Shown: positions 12,165 through 22,240, counted from the stretch's first letter. The stretch is DNA of 64,000 bases from Setoptus koraiensis (GCA_048013815.1 CM106585.1:19096001-19160000); one strand, 5' to 3'. Made by a program: numbers and translations. Notes: generated by a model not told the origin, from the letters alone.

Positions 12165-12485
12165 CTAAACCAACAATAAGGCTGCTGGTGCCACTTTCAT
12201 GGCCATTTTAGCTTCTGGAGATTTGACAACCGTTTTTCCGACTTTCTCAACCACTTTCATTTCTGGAGAATTTGCCACTTCCTTCACCTCGTGTGCGACC
12301 TTTTTTTCATCCTTCTTCACCTCGTGTACGACCTTTTTTTCATCCTTTTTCACCTCGTGCGCAATCTTCTTTTCTTCCTTTTTGATTTTGTGTTCCAACT
12401 TGTGGAAGAGACTTTTAGCTTCAACCATTTCGTTGCCGACGATCATCAAGACCACTAGTAATACGATTGGCAATATAATGCGCAT
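12165..12485 (-). CDS. Secreted Lys/His-rich helical peptide precursor with a 3x 11-aa repeat, related to family A, 106 aa
   Basis: Signal ends VEA|K and the mature part starts KSLFHKLEHKIKK. It has KK(I/V)(A/V)HEVKKDE repeats. PEMKVVEKV matches PEMKVAEKL of 17845. The tail VAPAALLLV is hydrophobic. Confidence 0.85.
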   Translation of the reverse strand: MRIILPIVLLVVLMIVGNEMVEAKSLFHKLEHKIKKEEKKIAHEVKKDEKKVVHEVKKDEKKVAHEVKEVANSPEMKVVEKVGKTVVKSPEAKMAMKVAPAALLLV

Positions 12486-13074
12486 TTTGTTGAGCTGTTG
12501 ATGGGTTCTTGTTATGACCTCTTGCGATTAGTAATAAAATCAAGAGGATTGGAATGATCGGATATTAGAAAATGGTTCTAGTACAACGAGCTGCAAGAGG
12601 ATGAATGAATATAATCAGCAAGCTCTTTTGATTCTATTGATTTACTTACTCACATTCGATAAGTATCGTTTGTTCAAACTCGAAACCGCTTCCAGACAAA
12701 GTAAATATAAACAAGAGCCTATCCGTCTAACACTTTTTATATATCAGACAATGTTAGTCATTATCCCAATCTAATCAAGCGTTTGAGCTCGATGATTAGG
12801 CTAAAGTAAATATCTTGGTTCTTATGACTTTTCCGTATGATATGCGAATCATCATCAATGTTTCGTCGAATGCAACAACCTTTGTGGGGGTGCTCATTTA
12901 CATACGATCATCACATGTTTATTAGTTGTTGCAAACTTGTTTAATTTACCATCTCTGTCTATTGGATCGGACTTATTCCACATTTTCCTGTCGGCTAGGC
13001 ACTGCTAAAAAACTTGCAACATTTAAAAACATTCAATTTACTGTGCAATTTCGCCGGAACAAATTACTGTAACA

Positions 13075-13341
13075 ATGAGGATTTCACAACTATTTTTGCT
13101 TGCCTTGTCACTGGTACTCGTCCAAATATTGTCAGTTTGTGGACAGGAAGACGAATCAAAGGATATAGGCGAAACTGCCGCCTCTACCTCTGCTTTAGCG
13201 GGTGAAGTAATTGCGAAAAAAAAGGTGAAGAAGCATGGACCTAAAGTCGCCCACGAGCTCAAAGAATCATTGAAGAAACACAAAGATCTACTTGGCAAAG
13301 GGGGAAAGGTCCTTGAGAAAGTGGCACTCAGAAGAGGATGA
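13075..13341 (+). CDS. Secreted peptide precursor, family A (ALRRG), 88 aa
   Basis: ATG start and signal ending VCG|Q, then an acidic/Ala spacer. The 41-aa C-terminal part has 13 Lys, 2 Arg and 4 acidic residues and ends KVALRRG*. Confidence 0.88.
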   Translation: MRISQLFLLALSLVLVQILSVCGQEDESKDIGETAASTSALAGEVIAKKKVKKHGPKVAHELKESLKKHKDLLGKGGKVLEKVALRRG

Positions 13342-14214
13342 ACGGCCTATGGCATCAGTGCGGAAACCAATCGATGATGGAACTATTGGAAGTTTATAGG
13401 TTCATTAGAATACGAATGTTCTTTTCGAAAAATCATTAGCATGTGAATAAAAAGACGAATTCTGACAGCTTGCAACATATTCTCCCTCTCTCTCTCTTTC
13501 GTTTTTCGTGTAACAATGAAAGAAATCTTCTCGAATTCAGAGATCCTCTAGTATCATGCTGTAACAAGTGGATCACGAGGCGATAATTGAAATTTCCAAA
13601 CTCCAACAGGAGTTCTTTTTTCCAGCTGCTGGTGTTATGCTATATGATAAATACAAACACCACAATGAGTGGCAAAAGAGAGGACAGAGGCAAATAATCA
13701 GGTATATCTGTCGTCTAACCACCCGAATGTGTCCACCAGTTGACCAGATATGTCTCGTTTGACTGTCACATTTAGATATTCAATCATCAATGGATTTGTG
13801 CGCTTGAAAAGGCGAAAAAATAAACAGACTAGGTGAGACCAGCGTCAACTGACTTGAATTACCTCTCTCCTCTCAGGTATATGTTACGAGAAAAGGTTGG
13901 CTCACTCAATGTATGCTTTCGGATCCGTTTCTTCTGTAAATAATTGACAAATATTGAAAGAGTATGTGTCAACATGACTCGATAGTTCATGCAATTCTTC
14001 ATCCACAGACACATTGAAAAGGTCAGCAAACACAATATGTCCCAGTTCGCTTACTGAATTGTGCCAGATCATCTTGTCAGCGATACATATAAAAGGATGT
14101 ACCTCAACCATTGTGACTAACAAGTATTAACTTCTGCCGTTGACTAATATTGTCCGATCTAGTCATCTTAGACCGATATATTCCAATTGAATTCATCCAT
14201 CAAGGGCCAAAAAG

Positions 14215-14337
14215 GTAAGTGATGCTCACTATAGAGCGAAATTAATTATCTCATTCTTGGAAATCTCATCCGCTAACCAGAACAACAAATATTTTTTCAT
14301 TACAAAAACCCATTCAAATTTATCTGGCCGATTTCAG
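14215..14337 (+). other. Putative 123-nt 5'UTR intron of the 14356 gene
   Basis: AAG|GTAAGT at 14215, GATTTCAG| at 14337, and TATAAAAG at 14088. Confidence 0.55.
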
Positions 14338-14355
14338 ACAACACTTATTGAAAAA

Positions 14356-14616
14356 ATGAAATCCGTAGTACTATTAATGGTGTTGGTGAGCTGCATGGTG
14401 GCCCTTGTGATGGCCAATGATAGCGATGACCTCTACCGAACCAAGAGACAAACTTTGGAAGGTGAGCTGGCCAGAGAGGAGCTTGAACGAGAGGAGCTAG
14501 ATGATCTGTCATTGCGCCGATTGCCACTGTTGCCCTACCGCCGACCTTTGTTGCCATTGTTGCCCAGACTACCATTATTACGTCGCCGCTTACCTGGTAC
14601 TGGCGTGTTGTACTAA
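14356..14616 (+). CDS. Secreted Pro/Arg/Leu-rich peptide precursor, family B, 86 aa
   Basis: The first ATG is 14356 (the ORF-track start at 14257 is TTG). Order is signal, RTKR|Q, Glu-rich spacer, then RLPLLPYRRPLLPLLPRLPLLRRRLPGTGVLY. Confidence 0.9.
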   Translation: MKSVVLLMVLVSCMVALVMANDSDDLYRTKRQTLEGELAREELEREELDDLSLRRLPLLPYRRPLLPLLPRLPLLRRRLPGTGVLY

Positions 14617-14928
14617 AAATGGCAGCTAGCAAAACGGTCAGATGACTAAATGAAGGCGTCAATTATGTCAATTAACATTAGTAAAGTCATCAGCGCGCAT
14701 CAGACGCTCTAATGATAACTTGTCACTTGTTGTTGTTTGTCATTATTTTGATCTATAAAATGAGATAATGGGCTCAAAATCTTGAATAGTCTGTCTTTAA
14801 TTTTTTCTCCCAATGACATCATACTCCTATTTATCCATCGTCATAGTAGCAAACATCTGATGCGATGCATCTTTAGCTTCGGATACTCTTCGAAATCTGC
14901 TTTTTGTTGCTTTTGTTACTGTACTTGC

Positions 14929-15186
14929 TCATCGCTCGTCTGCCCAATGAATATCTTCAGCTAACTCCTCCATCATGATCACTTTATGTCCGTCTTTGTA
15001 TCGGACATTTGTGCCAGGTTCCTGATCGTTCCTTCCAACCAGATACTCATAAGTTACGGGACATTTAAAGCAACTAACGCTATCGCGAACGTTTCTCAAC
15101 ATGGAAACGGGTCCAGATAGAACAAGCCGAGAAAAGATGGTCGCAAACATGATTGTCAAAATCACTTTCATCATGCTGTTTCCCAT
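14929..15186 (-). CDS. Short secreted protein, family C (GPVS); probably a truncated paralogue of 15550..16461
   Basis: MKVILTIMFATIFSRLVLSGPVSMLR aligns with MKLILTILLTITILEVVLAGPVSLLK. The likely start is 15171. Confidence 0.6.
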   Translation of the reverse strand: MGNSMMKVILTIMFATIFSRLVLSGPVSMLRNVRDSVSCFKCPVTYEYLVGRNDQEPGTNVRYKDGHKVIMMEELAEDIHWADER

Positions 15187-15549
15187 TGCACGGTTATTTA
15201 ATATATCCTAAATAATTATCATGTGTAATGGATGGTGGTATCTAAATGGAATAGTTTATGGAACAAGACCAGGTACGTTGGACTAACGTGACAGACCAAG
15301 CTTTTTAAAGTTAAAAATAGACCATAATCGACAGTAGTGAAATAATTCGCTAGACACGAGTTGATGGGCTGTGACACGTTTGATTGAATCGAAGTGGCGA
15401 CAAAAGCAACACGTAGAGATGAATTATTCCAACGAATGTGGAACATGGTGAAGATTTTCTGAGCCGCGTATGGAAACTGAGAAAGTATCAAATAAAATAA
15501 AATAAATATCACCAAAACTATCTTGATCAGTTATGCAGAATCAAGATAG

Positions 15550-16461
15550 TCAACTAAATTGCCTACTTTCTTGCTTCTCCGCTAGGTTTTTCTTCAATTT
15601 GTTTATCACATTGTCCATCAATTCAGTATCCTTTCCATTTTTGTCCTTCTCTGCGTCTTTGTAGTTGTTCCTTTTGCCCAAATTCTTCTGTAAAATGTTG
15701 ATCACATTTTCCTTCAATTCTCTATCCTTTTCATTTTTACCCTTCTCTGCGTATTTGTTGTTGCTTCTTTCCGCTAGGTTCTTCTGTAAAATATTGATCA
15801 CATTTTCCTTCAATTCTCTTTGCCTTTCAACTCGGTCATTCATAGTCTCTACTGTTCCCAGGCGTTCTTTTTTCTCTCTTGGGCCTTTTTGTGACTTTTT
15901 TTCAGCACTTCCTGCCGAATCTGGATGCCGGGCAACTTTATTACCCATTGCTTCTGCTCCATCCGTTCTCTCGGCGAGCCTCCTCTGTAAATAGTTTATT
16001 GCATCTTCCGCTAATTCTCTCTGCCTGTCAATTTTAGTATTAGTTGAGTTTTCTGCGTCCGCACGTTCTTCCCTCTCCGCTACTTTCTTTTGTAACCTGC
16101 TTATTACATTCTCTGCCACGTCTGCATGCATTAGGATTTTTTTATGTTCTGCTATTTTATCCTCTTTCAGTTTCATCTTCATCTCCATCTCATTCGGAGA
16201 TTTCATATCTCTCACAATTTGGTCGTCCATCTGTGTTCTTCCACTGTTTATTTTGAATCGGTTGTCAGGCCCCTCTACATTCAAGAGATTTCTGTGAAAT
16301 TGTTCCATTAGTGGAGATTCGTAGCGCTCAACTGGGGGACACTCATGAGTTGGTGAAACACCGAAGCAACCCCTGAAAGCCCTTTTTAATAATGAAACGG
16401 GCCCAGCAAGAACGACCTCAAGAATTGTTATTGTCAGCAGGATTGTCAGTATCAATTTCAT
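15550..16461 (-). CDS. Secreted charged coiled-coil repeat protein, family C, 303 aa
   Basis: Signal peptide followed by GPVS. It has five copies of an (R/D)ELxENVINxLQKxLAER-like motif, and the last three are near-tandem at 31-32 aa spacing. Confidence 0.88.
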   Translation of the reverse strand: MKLILTILLTITILEVVLAGPVSLLKRAFRGCFGVSPTHECPPVERYESPLMEQFHRNLLNVEGPDNRFKINSGRTQMDDQIVRDMKSPNEMEMKMKLKEDKIAEHKKILMHADVAENVISRLQKKVAEREERADAENSTNTKIDRQRELAEDAINYLQRRLAERTDGAEAMGNKVARHPDSAGSAEKKSQKGPREKKERLGTVETMNDRVERQRELKENVINILQKNLAERSNNKYAEKGKNEKDRELKENVINILQKNLGKRNNYKDAEKDKNGKDTELMDNVINKLKKNLAEKQESRQFS

Positions 16462-17844
16462 TGTTCCTTCAATTATTCAGGTATCTAATGGTACCGAATT
16501 ATAATCAGATACCAATGGTAGTAGAGTGTTTGTCATAGATTCGGACTTATATTCAAACGGATGGAAATCATTTTTGAGAACCATTTCATAACATATCCCC
16601 TTACAGTTTGAAAAAAGTCTATTTTTAGCTGTCTGTTCGTGTGCTCGAAAAATCAATCATATTATCACTATCATATTGGTTATATTTCATTCATTGCAAT
16701 CGGTCTAGCATGACGTTATTTCACTAACAAGCGAGTCTATCTGGTGCGCAATCATAGCCCGTCGGTTAACATGAGGGGCCAGTTCAGAAGCAAAATGACC
16801 CTCCGAAGCAGGCCCCCAAAAAGAACATTCCAGTCATCAGACAGCATCGATAGTGGCCATCTACTGACTTACTCTCAACTAGGTCCGAGAGATTGACATA
16901 GACTGTTTCATGCTGTTTTTCTCATCAACTTCAAATTGACTAGCTGTAGATGCGCGATAAGCTCGTGGCAGAAGCTTCAAGATATTTTTCTTGTCGAGGT
17001 TTTTCCAATTGTCAACTCAACACCAATCAGCGGGCAAGTTGCAGCGAAGAGGGGAAAGGTCAAATGATCAATAAGCTTGAATAAATTAGATATGATTTAT
17101 CCGATGACACCAGTCCTCTCTAAAACAAACAGTGTGGCTCTCATGCGCTCTTGGCGATGTCCACAAAACTGATGATCTTTCAGATCTTCTATTTGCATTG
17201 TCAAAAAAGTCACTCAAGTTCAAACATGGTTGTGTTAGCAGTTATCAGTCAAAGTGGATTTGTTTTTCTTTGCTACACCGTGTGACCAAAGAACGCAGCA
17301 CCTGTCCAGACCACCATGCTATTAGACCGTCACGATTGTAGAGCTTTATTTAAGCGTACTATTTACGTCGCGCTGCGGCGCCAGACAGTGACTCTGACAT
17401 CAATTATATTGATAATAATGAAGGTGAATGCGTGCCTCTTACAAGGTAAACCTCATTCCTGATGACATCGATTGTTAAATGTCATGTGGCTCTGTTTGCC
17501 TATCGTCATCTCGTGGGCAAGCATTGGCGCGTACACGCTGGCCAGACCTGTTGATTTGCCTGAAACGTAAATAACCACACTTTTCTGGTTATTGCGTACT
17601 TTTTGACGCGTTGTTAGCAGGTACAACCCTGATGTGTTTGTTTAAATATTCCTCACCTTGATGATCTCATTCTAGGCTCGGAATTATTATCGAGCCAAAC
17701 TTTATCCGGTGTCTCACTTGTATTTAACCGTGACACATCCCGTACATCGATATCGTCCATCTCTTGATAATAAAGAAGTGAGTTCATAGAATAGATATTA
17801 CAAGTGTTGAAAATATAAACAAAAAAAAAAGACAATACTGAACC

Positions 17845-18123
17845 ATGAAGATCACACAGAAATCGTTGCTAGTTTTCTGCTTTGTTTTGCTGAGTCTGGT
17901 TGCCGTAGTTTGCGGCCAAGACCCGCCAAAACCAGCGGCTGCCGGTGCAGAGGAGTCTAGCGCCGGGGCAGATGCTGCAATTACGGCCGGATCCATTGGT
18001 GGTCAAGCAGCTCTATCCCATCAAGCAAAGAAGCATCATCTGAAAGACAAACTGAAAAAGGTGGCGCACAAACTCAAGCCCGAGATGAAAGTCGCTGAGA
18101 AGCTGGCTCTCAGGAGAGGATGA
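17845..18123 (+). CDS. Secreted peptide precursor, family A (ALRRG), 92 aa
   Basis: ATG start with TATAAA about 30 nt upstream. Signal ends VCG|Q, followed by an Ala-rich spacer. The tail KKHHLKDKLKKVAHKLKPEMKVAEKLALRRG* is cationic. Confidence 0.88.
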   Translation: MKITQKSLLVFCFVLLSLVAVVCGQDPPKPAAAGAEESSAGADAAITAGSIGGQAALSHQAKKHHLKDKLKKVAHKLKPEMKVAEKLALRRG

Positions 18124-19601
18124 ACAAAACACAATCTAAAATAATAATAACAACAGTGATATCTTAAACGAGCATTATCCTGAATGGGCCGAAAAAATCT
18201 GGTGGTGGACATGACATTTCATGGTTTCGATATAGTTAATTTAGGTTTGGATCAAATTGGAAACAGTCGAAAATCAAGCAAAAACATCTTGCTAACGTAT
18301 TACATTGGTTATTGCAAAACATCAGTGCTTAAAGATACAAGTAACGTAGTTTGCGAACAAAGATTAAGCGTAAATTGACAGTTATTGAGTCACCTTTAGC
18401 AAAATATAACTCATGACATGACGCACACGATCCCAAGTCAAAATATCTTAATCATTACTGTCATTGTTATTGTTTGTTATCGAAATAAAATGTTATTGTT
18501 TTCATTTGTTTGAATCTAGATCGATCTATTGATAATGTTGCTCGTTATTTTGACTTTGCATTGGGTATTTAATGGACTTTTGTGAGCGTAATCTACGTCG
18601 ATCTGTTCTATTTCTGCTACAGAATTACGAAATAACACCAATATCAACTGTGACTTTCATCTGTCTGTTCAATTTAAATCAATATACGCACACGGCACCC
18701 AAGAAATCATTTTCCGCCAAATGTATTTACGCAAACTGCTAGTTGCAGAGTATAGAGTTTCTCCATTCTTGGAATCGTTACATCACAAAAGTTTTTTTTT
18801 TCGTAAACAACCCCTGAAACTGATGGTTGCCATCATGTAGTCAGTCTAGAAAACCAAAAGATTCATGATTCGTACTGTTCAGCACGAGACAGTAATTCGA
18901 GAAATCAAGAAATGTTTATGTGTTTTTCTTATGAGATTGCTTGATCGAGTAGACCATTAGAAAGTATATTTCCACCTACGTGTCACATTGAGAGTGACAG
19001 TTTTTTTTCTATAATCTTTTAGTGCAGTTTTGAGCTAGTCAATTGTATCCCTGCTACCGAAAAGAGCCCGAAATTAGATGCCAAAGACCCGGTGTGCTAC
19101 AAAATTCTGCTGTAAGAGAGAAAGATTTAGATGTCTCAACTTTATCTTGGTTTAATTAGTTTTTTCGTCTGTTTGCCCATCTCTGGTCCAGTGCGAGTTG
19201 TTTCGAATGTATAGTTGCAGGCTAGGCAACATTGGATAGATGTCGAATCGCTTTTTAACGAACCTTTGCCTGGCTATAAATTCTCTACATGTGTGCAATA
19301 CCACTGCAACTCATTATCACTGTTTACTGTAGTATTCACGTTTTTCCTTGTATTATTGTATGTCAAATAGAGGAATCGTTTGGTGTAATGTCATGAGTGT
19401 GCATATGTATCGCCACAAAGGTCAACTAATGGTCCCGCGAATTCTGACACACTTTGCATAATTGACATGTGAGAAAAATTTACTATATAAGAGGAACCAT
19501 GCTAATTAGTGTAGCCAGAAAGCCATTAACAATAACTGACATTATTCAATTTTGTCATCCGACAGCCAACAAAGAAACTACATCTATTTAGTGCCAAACA
19601 G

Positions 19602-19720
19602 GTAAGCGACATCGTGCTCGACATCTCTCGTTAAAACTGTAAAAAAAAAATTGCTACAACTAAAATAACCAAAATCTTAAATATATATCTCGAAATTATC
19701 ACCACGCTGCTAACTTTCAG
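19602..19720 (+). other. Putative 119-nt 5'UTR intron of the 19753 gene
   Basis: CAG|GTAAGC at 19602, CTAACTTTCAG| at 19720, and TATATAAG at 19484. Confidence 0.6.
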
Positions 19721-19752
19721 GCGACGCGCTCGGACAAAACTCGTTGAAAAAA

Positions 19753-20004
19753 ATGAAATCCGTAGTACTATTAATGGTGTTGGTGAGCTGCATGGTGGCA
19801 CTTGTGATGGCCAATGATAGCGATGACCTGTCCCGAACAAAGAGACAAACTTTGGAAGGTGAGCTGGCCAGAGAAGAGCTTGAACGAGAGGAGCTAGATG
19901 ATCTGTCATTGCGCCGATTGCCACTGTTGCCCTACCGCCGACCTTTGTTGCCCAGACTACCATTATTACGTCGCCGCTTACCTGGTACTGGCGTGTTGTA
20001 CTAA
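19753..20004 (+). CDS. Secreted Pro/Arg/Leu-rich peptide precursor, family B, 83 aa; near-identical paralogue of 14356
   Basis: ATG at 19753. It differs from 14356 by 5 substitutions and a 9-bp indel. Confidence 0.9.
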   Translation: MKSVVLLMVLVSCMVALVMANDSDDLSRTKRQTLEGELAREELEREELDDLSLRRLPLLPYRRPLLPRLPLLRRRLPGTGVLY

Positions 20005-22240
20005 AAACGTCAGCAAGACAACCGGTCAGATGATTAAGTGAAGGCGTCAATTATGTCAATCAACAACGTAAAACTTTACTAGAGTCATCAGATGCTCTAA
20101 TGATTATCGTCACTTGTTGTTGTTTGTTACTATTTCGATGATTTATAAAATGAGATTATCGATGTTTCTTATTATTATGTTATAATTATCGCCATTTCTC
20201 TCTAATCTCCATTATTATTATTAATTTATTCGCTCTTTTCTTCTTCTTTTTTTCTGTTCTGATCCCCTTCGTCCTTTTGTTCTGATCCTCTTCGTCTCTC
20301 TCGCTCGCTCGCTTGCTTGCCTTGTCTAATACCACTATGGAGTGTACTGTTGAGCAAATTATTACATTGCGTACACGTCGAAGAAGATAAACGGATGAAG
20401 AAAATGTGTGCCTATCTATATCAATATCCTGATGTATATGCACAACAATCAAATGCCACACCACAATGTAAATAGACACGACCATATCTGATAGTAAGTC
20501 GAGCCTGCTAATCAGATGATTTGTCAATGCTAAACAATCAAGTAGTAGCTATTATTACAGATGATCTAGAATCGCACATCAATCGTTTGATATGGTCGCA
20601 TTATTATCTATATCTTGTTTGTTGTGAAAAGCGATAATGATAAGCGACGGCAACAATGACGGCGATTATTGCAGTTGGTGGTGTAGAGAGGTATCTCGTA
20701 TTAGCGAGTATATTCGGTGTGGTATTGGTGATATTGTTGTAGGTGGTATACAGAGAGGTATGTATAATCATCAAACAATACAAACGCGATATCTGGCAGC
20801 CATTACAGTAGATTTAATAAATTAGACTTGAGAGTGAAATTGACTATTGTGGCGCTGATTGCAACAATAGCATGCCAGTCTGTGGCTTTCCATAGTGATA
20901 GAATGATGATAATTAAAATATGCTTGCTACACAATATAAAAGTGGATATTTAATATCACGCTAACAATGACAACAACTGTGACGATAATTAGAGAGCTTG
21001 CCAGAACAAATTTTGGTGTCGTCAATGGTGGGCCTGCAATCAATATCAAACTTGTTGTTGGCGAACAACGAGCAACAGCAACAACAAGTCAGTGCTAGTG
21101 CACTGACACCACCACTGATTTTTGGCTGGATACGATGACAAATCTTGACAAAACCGCCTTGCCACACTGACTACTCTTGAATCATGAGACTCATGTATCA
21201 TATACCAATTCATGTATGATGCATGTGTGGAACGAGTCGTCATAAACAAGTTGACACAAACTGGCGCTAAGCTACACGATGAGTGGTGAGCAGCCCCCGT
21301 AGAGAGTACGAATCTCCTTATACTAATAGTATAATACTATGAACGTTCCTATGAAATCGATATAATATCGTGTGGTGAAATAATCGCCGATGGAAATGGC
21401 GTCTATTTCACACAAATGCTATCGCAACTGCATCTTGTCTTATAGGTGGGCCATTTGACATTCTTATATCCTATCTATCTGTTATCCCGCGACGATTACG
21501 ATATGATATCTTGTGGTGGCGACGCCCAACGCGACGATGGCGAGATGATGGGCGCGATAAAGACGGTTGTTGCTGTTGCTGTGGTTGTTGGTGCCTTGCG
21601 GCTGATACGGCGGCTGATACGGCGGCTGATACGGTTGCTCATTGAGTCGAGTTGCTGATGGCAGTGTAGCAAAAATGACTCATTTATAGCTAGCGGATGA
21701 CCCCGACTAATACCCGGTGATATCACTAATATCTCATCTCATTATTATGTCGGGTTTGAAATTGGCGCGCCGTGTTTGGCGAGCGCGCAATGATGCTGTT
21801 GTCGCACCGCCGCTATGTGCAGCTAAAATTGGCAAGTCGCGGACGACGACAAACAACGTATAAATAAGCATCGTCAAGCGCTTAGTAATTACAATCACTT
21901 CATTACAAGGGGTAGATCTAACATAGCGATATCATCATCAAAATTGTATGTGTTATCATCACCAAGGACGATAACGATAATAGTATTATTATGCTCGTCA
22001 AATAGAATACAAAAACCATTGAAATAGCTAGACAAATGGCTAGTGAAAATTAGTCACTCTCACAACAGCATCTCACACCATCACATCAAATAAATACCTA
22101 GCACAATCACAATTCAGCCCTCAATTTAATTAATTTTACATTCTCACCCCTCAGTCAGTTACACCCAGCTTATGATAGTAAATAGGCCTAAGTCTCGATC
22201 GCCCTGTCGAGTCCATTAGGCTGCGTTTACACCGTCAACT

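Noticed and set aside
13324-13341. ALRRG resembling the ubiquitin LRGG tail
   Set aside because: There is no di-glycine and no ubiquitin fold, and the proteins are secreted.
15219-15515. 98-aa ORF with a hydrophobic start between the family C genes
   Set aside because: It has no family resemblance and its composition is not clearly coding. It is probably spacer or UTR.
8595-20004. Plant peptide-hormone mimicry (CLE, CEP, IDA, RALF, PSK) as the explanation of the cluster
   Set aside because: None of those consensus motifs is present in the nine precursors.
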